A stretch of 64,000 nt of DNA from the human T2T-CHM13v2.0 reference genome, Homo sapiens: the NCBI RefSeq assembly GCF_009914755.1, contig NC_060929.1; one strand, written 5' to 3'. The position numbers and the translations under genes were made by a program. Under the pieces are notes generated by a model that saw nothing but the letters and a program-made list of their open reading frames with translations, was not told the origin of the DNA and ran no database searches. The stretch's first letter is position 1; every line of letters begins with the position of its first letter. This document shows positions 60,166-64,000 of the stretch, in pieces.

Positions 60166-60531
60166 AAATGGCCACAAGTTGAATGAATAAGAAAGAAAAT
60201 GAAACCTAATATTATCCATTCCTTGTTTTTACATTTAAGTAAAGGATATATAGCAGTACTGCATGCTCATTGTCACACTACCAATTAGCCAGAAAGCTGA
60301 ATCCAGAATGAAACTAAGTTTGATGTTATCTAAATGTTTAGGGTGAGCCACAAATTCTTTGTTGTACATAGAAACCTCTGTGATTAGATATTTGGCACTT
60401 TTATTGGGACAATTGAAACATTAAAACAAAGGATAAAAGAAAATATTTTGATATATCTAAATATTGATACCAGCATTAAGTTCAGTTTCTCTCTTCTCCC
60501 TCCCTCAATCTCCTTCTCTCATTCTGAAAAC

Positions 60532-60532
<1 letters not shown>

Positions 60533-60570
<38 letters not shown>

Positions 60571-60626
60571 TGAGAGAGACTGAGACAGAGAGAGAGAGAG
60601 AGAGAGAGATTGAGACAGAGAGAGAC
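60533..60626. repeat. (TG)n(GA)n compound microsatellite
   Basis: Directly visible. Confidence 0.97.
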
Positions 60627-63600
60627 AATGTAATTCAAGTAATTCTTTATGTCATGTTATATAAAACTTTTCCAACATTAAACAGAATTTTAAGTTACTG
60701 TGCTATATCTTACTGAAGTGAGATTTTATAAAATATTTTGAAGATATATAAAGAAGGAAATTAACAACTAGCAGCATCCTAAAGACATGCTGCATACCTT
60801 TGCAATTATCTAACAATGTATTGGCTTTTATCAGGAAAGTTACTCAAAATAACTAAATAAATACACAGATCAATGAGAGACTTTGTTTTATACTGAGACC
60901 AACCATCTTTAGCATTTACATTGTGTATTACTTCATTTGGTAAGTTTGTCCGGGATGGACCATAACAGAAGCTAGGAGAAAGACCTCATTCTAGACCTGG
61001 CTATATTATTTGAGGTGGTTTATGGTTTTTGGTGTATCTGAAAATTTGTTTTCCCTCTGTAAAGTGAAAACATTGGCTTTACTGATACTTAAAGATATTT
61101 TCAAACCTACATTTCGTAAATTGTGAATTTACAGTGTGCCTAAAATCTAACTGCATTTATTACAATATTCATTATAGACAGTAATATTTAAGTGAAGTAA
61201 ATAATTTGGAATATGTACATTTCATCTATTATGTTCCTAATATATAATCTTTAAATCATTTATCTTTTTATATCTGAATCCTTTATCCTATTAAATTATG
61301 AAATATTTTGATATATCTATCAAAGTGAGAGCTTAAAATACATAGAAAAGATCCATTTTAGTGAAATAAGTTTCATTAAATATCAGCAGGGAATCAAGTG
61401 TTAAATGTGGCTAAAGCATTTCTCCATCCCTGACATGACACAATTTGGATTATGCATTGTGAGAGAAAGTGTCTATCAGACATGTTCACCACAGTGGAAC
61501 AGGAAAGTCTGCCTGAAGACAGTGGAGTGAAAAATAAAGGGCACAGGAGTGCGATAGACCAAACAAAATGACAAAGTCTTTGGTGGATTATTAAATAGTC
61601 ATTGAAAAAAATAAAAAGTGAGAAGTAAATTTTAATTATTTACTTTAAAAGTAACCAGTAAGAAATAATTTCATGATACTAGCATTTTAATATCATAAAG
61701 AGTTTTTAGTAAAGTTGTATATGCTAGCAAACATTAGATGTATCTCCAACATACATTCTAAAATATTGGAAAAATATCCTCTGGTAACCTCTTAGTGCAA
61801 ATTGCGTCACCAAATAAACTGGCAAAATATGGCAATTATCTGAATTCATTATTTTTCACACAATAGTTTTAATTTTCTCCTGCAAATCAATACCTTTCTT
61901 CATTCACTTGGTTGATGCCTGCATGTGAACGTATATTTATGAATGCTTCAAGACTGAAAAACTAGGATCCTTCTGAATTTCTTTAATGTGCTTGCTTTTT
62001 CCTCTAATCTGAACGTAGACACTATTTGAAATTAATGGTAGATAAAAATTAATAGAGAGTTTTAATATTAAGGAAAATTTTCAGGATCTACAATGAAATT
62101 AAAAGAACACACAAACACAAACAATGAACAAAAAGCTTTACAAAAGGCAGTCTTGCCTTAACAAGAAAGGATCCTTTCCCCCCACTGAAATTATACTTTT
62201 GGGCTTAGAAGTGACTTCTGAGAAGGCTTAACCATGGGGCAGGAGGGTCATATTTTCTATTATCATGAGTTTTGTAATAACCAAATGAATTAGAAAATCT
62301 AGGTTTATGGATTCAAGAGAAGTAATAGTATCATTGAAAATATTGATTCTCTTCTCACTGAATAACTTTGGATATTTGCTGTTATAGGAGAGATGACTTT
62401 TGATTCATTATTTATCACCTGGATAAATTCAGTATTCCCCTGCACAAATTCTATCTTATGAGTAGTAACTCCAGATACTCTGGTCAAAAATACATATTTG
62501 GAATCATATTAACCACATTTCAGATCATGCAAACCACCTTCATATGTTAAGCATAATTATTTCTAAGATTTGGAGACTCAAGACAAATTAATTATTGTTT
62601 GGCTTCTCAACATGACTGTATTGTGCAATAAAAATATAGATGATAGAATAATCACAGCAGTATTGCAACTAAAAAATAGATATCAGGCATAAAATCAGAA
62701 AGTAAACATAATATTTTAAGAATATTTTATAAAGATAAACAACAGTTGCACAAGAAAAAAAGTAGCCCATCTGATAGGACAAACCTAATATTTTGTAACC
62801 TACCGGAATTTTTATACACCTCAACCTAATATCTCATGCAAAAGAAAGTACAACATACCACTTTATTTTAAAAGTACTCCTAGCGATATTGAAAACTTAA
62901 GAGTATAGAAAAAACAATCTAAATCACTGCTAAACAAAACATTTGTTATACCAAAATGTATCATAAATCAATAATCAATAATCATAATAACTGAGTATTG
63001 TTATAAATAGCTCTTGAGTAGAATTTCTATTATACTCTTAAAATTAGGGAATACATACTGTTTAAACTGAGAAGGTGTCAGTTCTCTTAAAATTAATGCA
63101 CAAATATTTGTACTACAAGGTTTAATGACTTTGATCTCTTTATCTTTATAAGATTTTATCTATCAAATTTGTCTGAGACACCACTGACTATTAAGTTGAG
63201 AAGTAATAAAAAATAACCAAAACCTCCAACATATTACACTAGTCAAGATTGGTCCTGAACATACAGTTTCTTACCCCTAACTTGGAATGTTTTAAAATTG
63301 CAATTATATTAATTCATTTTCTTCTGGAATGTTTAACAGATATATTTGTTATCAATAATATGTAATTAATATCATGATACAGAAAAAAGATATTAGACAT
63401 TTTAACTATAATTATGTTGCAGTAAGTTGGTATTAAATAGTCTCAATAAAAAAGCTGTAATAATGTAAGTCATATGCTGTTTACTGTGTGTGCTCGTGTT
63501 AATGTCTTTTGTTTCCATAGAAGTGATTTGGTAATTATAATTTTGTAATATTTTGCACTATGTAATGAATGCAGAAATGGATTAAAGGAAATAAACCTTA

Positions 63601-63679
63601 TTTCTCTTTTTGGTCCCCTACCACATAACATTACACATAGCATTGTATAGCACCCTGCTGAGTTTTCAAATATTCATAT

Positions 63680-63952
63680 GAAGGAAAAAGAAAGAAGCAG
63701 AAGCAGAAGAAGCAGAGGCAGAGGTAGAAGCAGAAGCAGAGGTAGAAGCAGGAGGAGAGGAAGAAGAAGAAGAAGGAGAAAGAGAAGAAGAAGGAGAAGA
63801 AGAAGAAGGAGGAGGAGGAGGAGAAGGAGAAGGAGGAGGAGGAGAAGGAGAAGGAGGAGGAGGAGGAGGAGAGGGAGGAGGAGGAGGGAGGAAAGAGGAG
63901 GGAGGGGGAGGAGGAAGGAGGGAGGGGGAGGGGGAGCGCGAGGAGGAGGAAG
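63680..63952. repeat. Purine-rich low-complexity tract (GCAGAA)n-(GAA)n-(GGA)n-(GGGGA)n
   Basis: Directly visible; pure A/G from 63750 to 63936. Confidence 0.97.
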
Positions 63953-64000
63953 TATTTTAGGCTATGAGTTACTGAATGCTAGTTTCTACTGAAATTAATT

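Noticed and set aside
63678-63992. 104-aa Arg/Ser/Gly-rich ORF resembling a protamine or SR protein
   Set aside because: It is the translation of a GAA/GGA simple repeat that cannot contain stop codons. No promoter or splice context.

Overview
This is human (primate) genomic DNA, visibly AT-rich and CpG-depleted, from a gene desert or the interior of a very long intron. I see no CpG island, no protein-coding exon, no tRNA/rRNA gene and no prokaryotic-type system. A near-perfect AluYa5 points to human. A large part of the window is interspersed repeat: 9 Alus, L1s from L1ME/MD/MC/MB/MA through L1PA15/16 to L1PA2, MaLR LTRs (THE1B, THE1D, MST, MLT1), MLT2, ERV1-group solo LTRs (MER4, MER57, MER34/39, MER31/67), MER20/MER33 DNA transposons, MIR, L2 and several microsatellites. 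Nearly all listed ORFs are repeat or low-complexity artefacts. I found no new biological system. The best observations are insertion and repair fossils readable from the sequence: (1) a four-level nest, L1MB > L1PA16 > twin-primed inverted L1PA2 > AluYa5, which also creates a 299-aa chimeric ORF2-C-terminal frame ending on the host L1's own stop codon; (2) an inverted, locally templated ~110-bp insertion in an AluJ, copied from a MER33 about 1.1 kb away; (3) a candidate ancient L1MA 3' transduction bounded by an 18-bp TSD; (4) a second 5'-inverted old L1PA; (5) 44-bp and 42-bp tandem duplications and long non-B-DNA tracts. Subfamily names come from recalled consensus sequences, and boundaries of old repeats are approximate.
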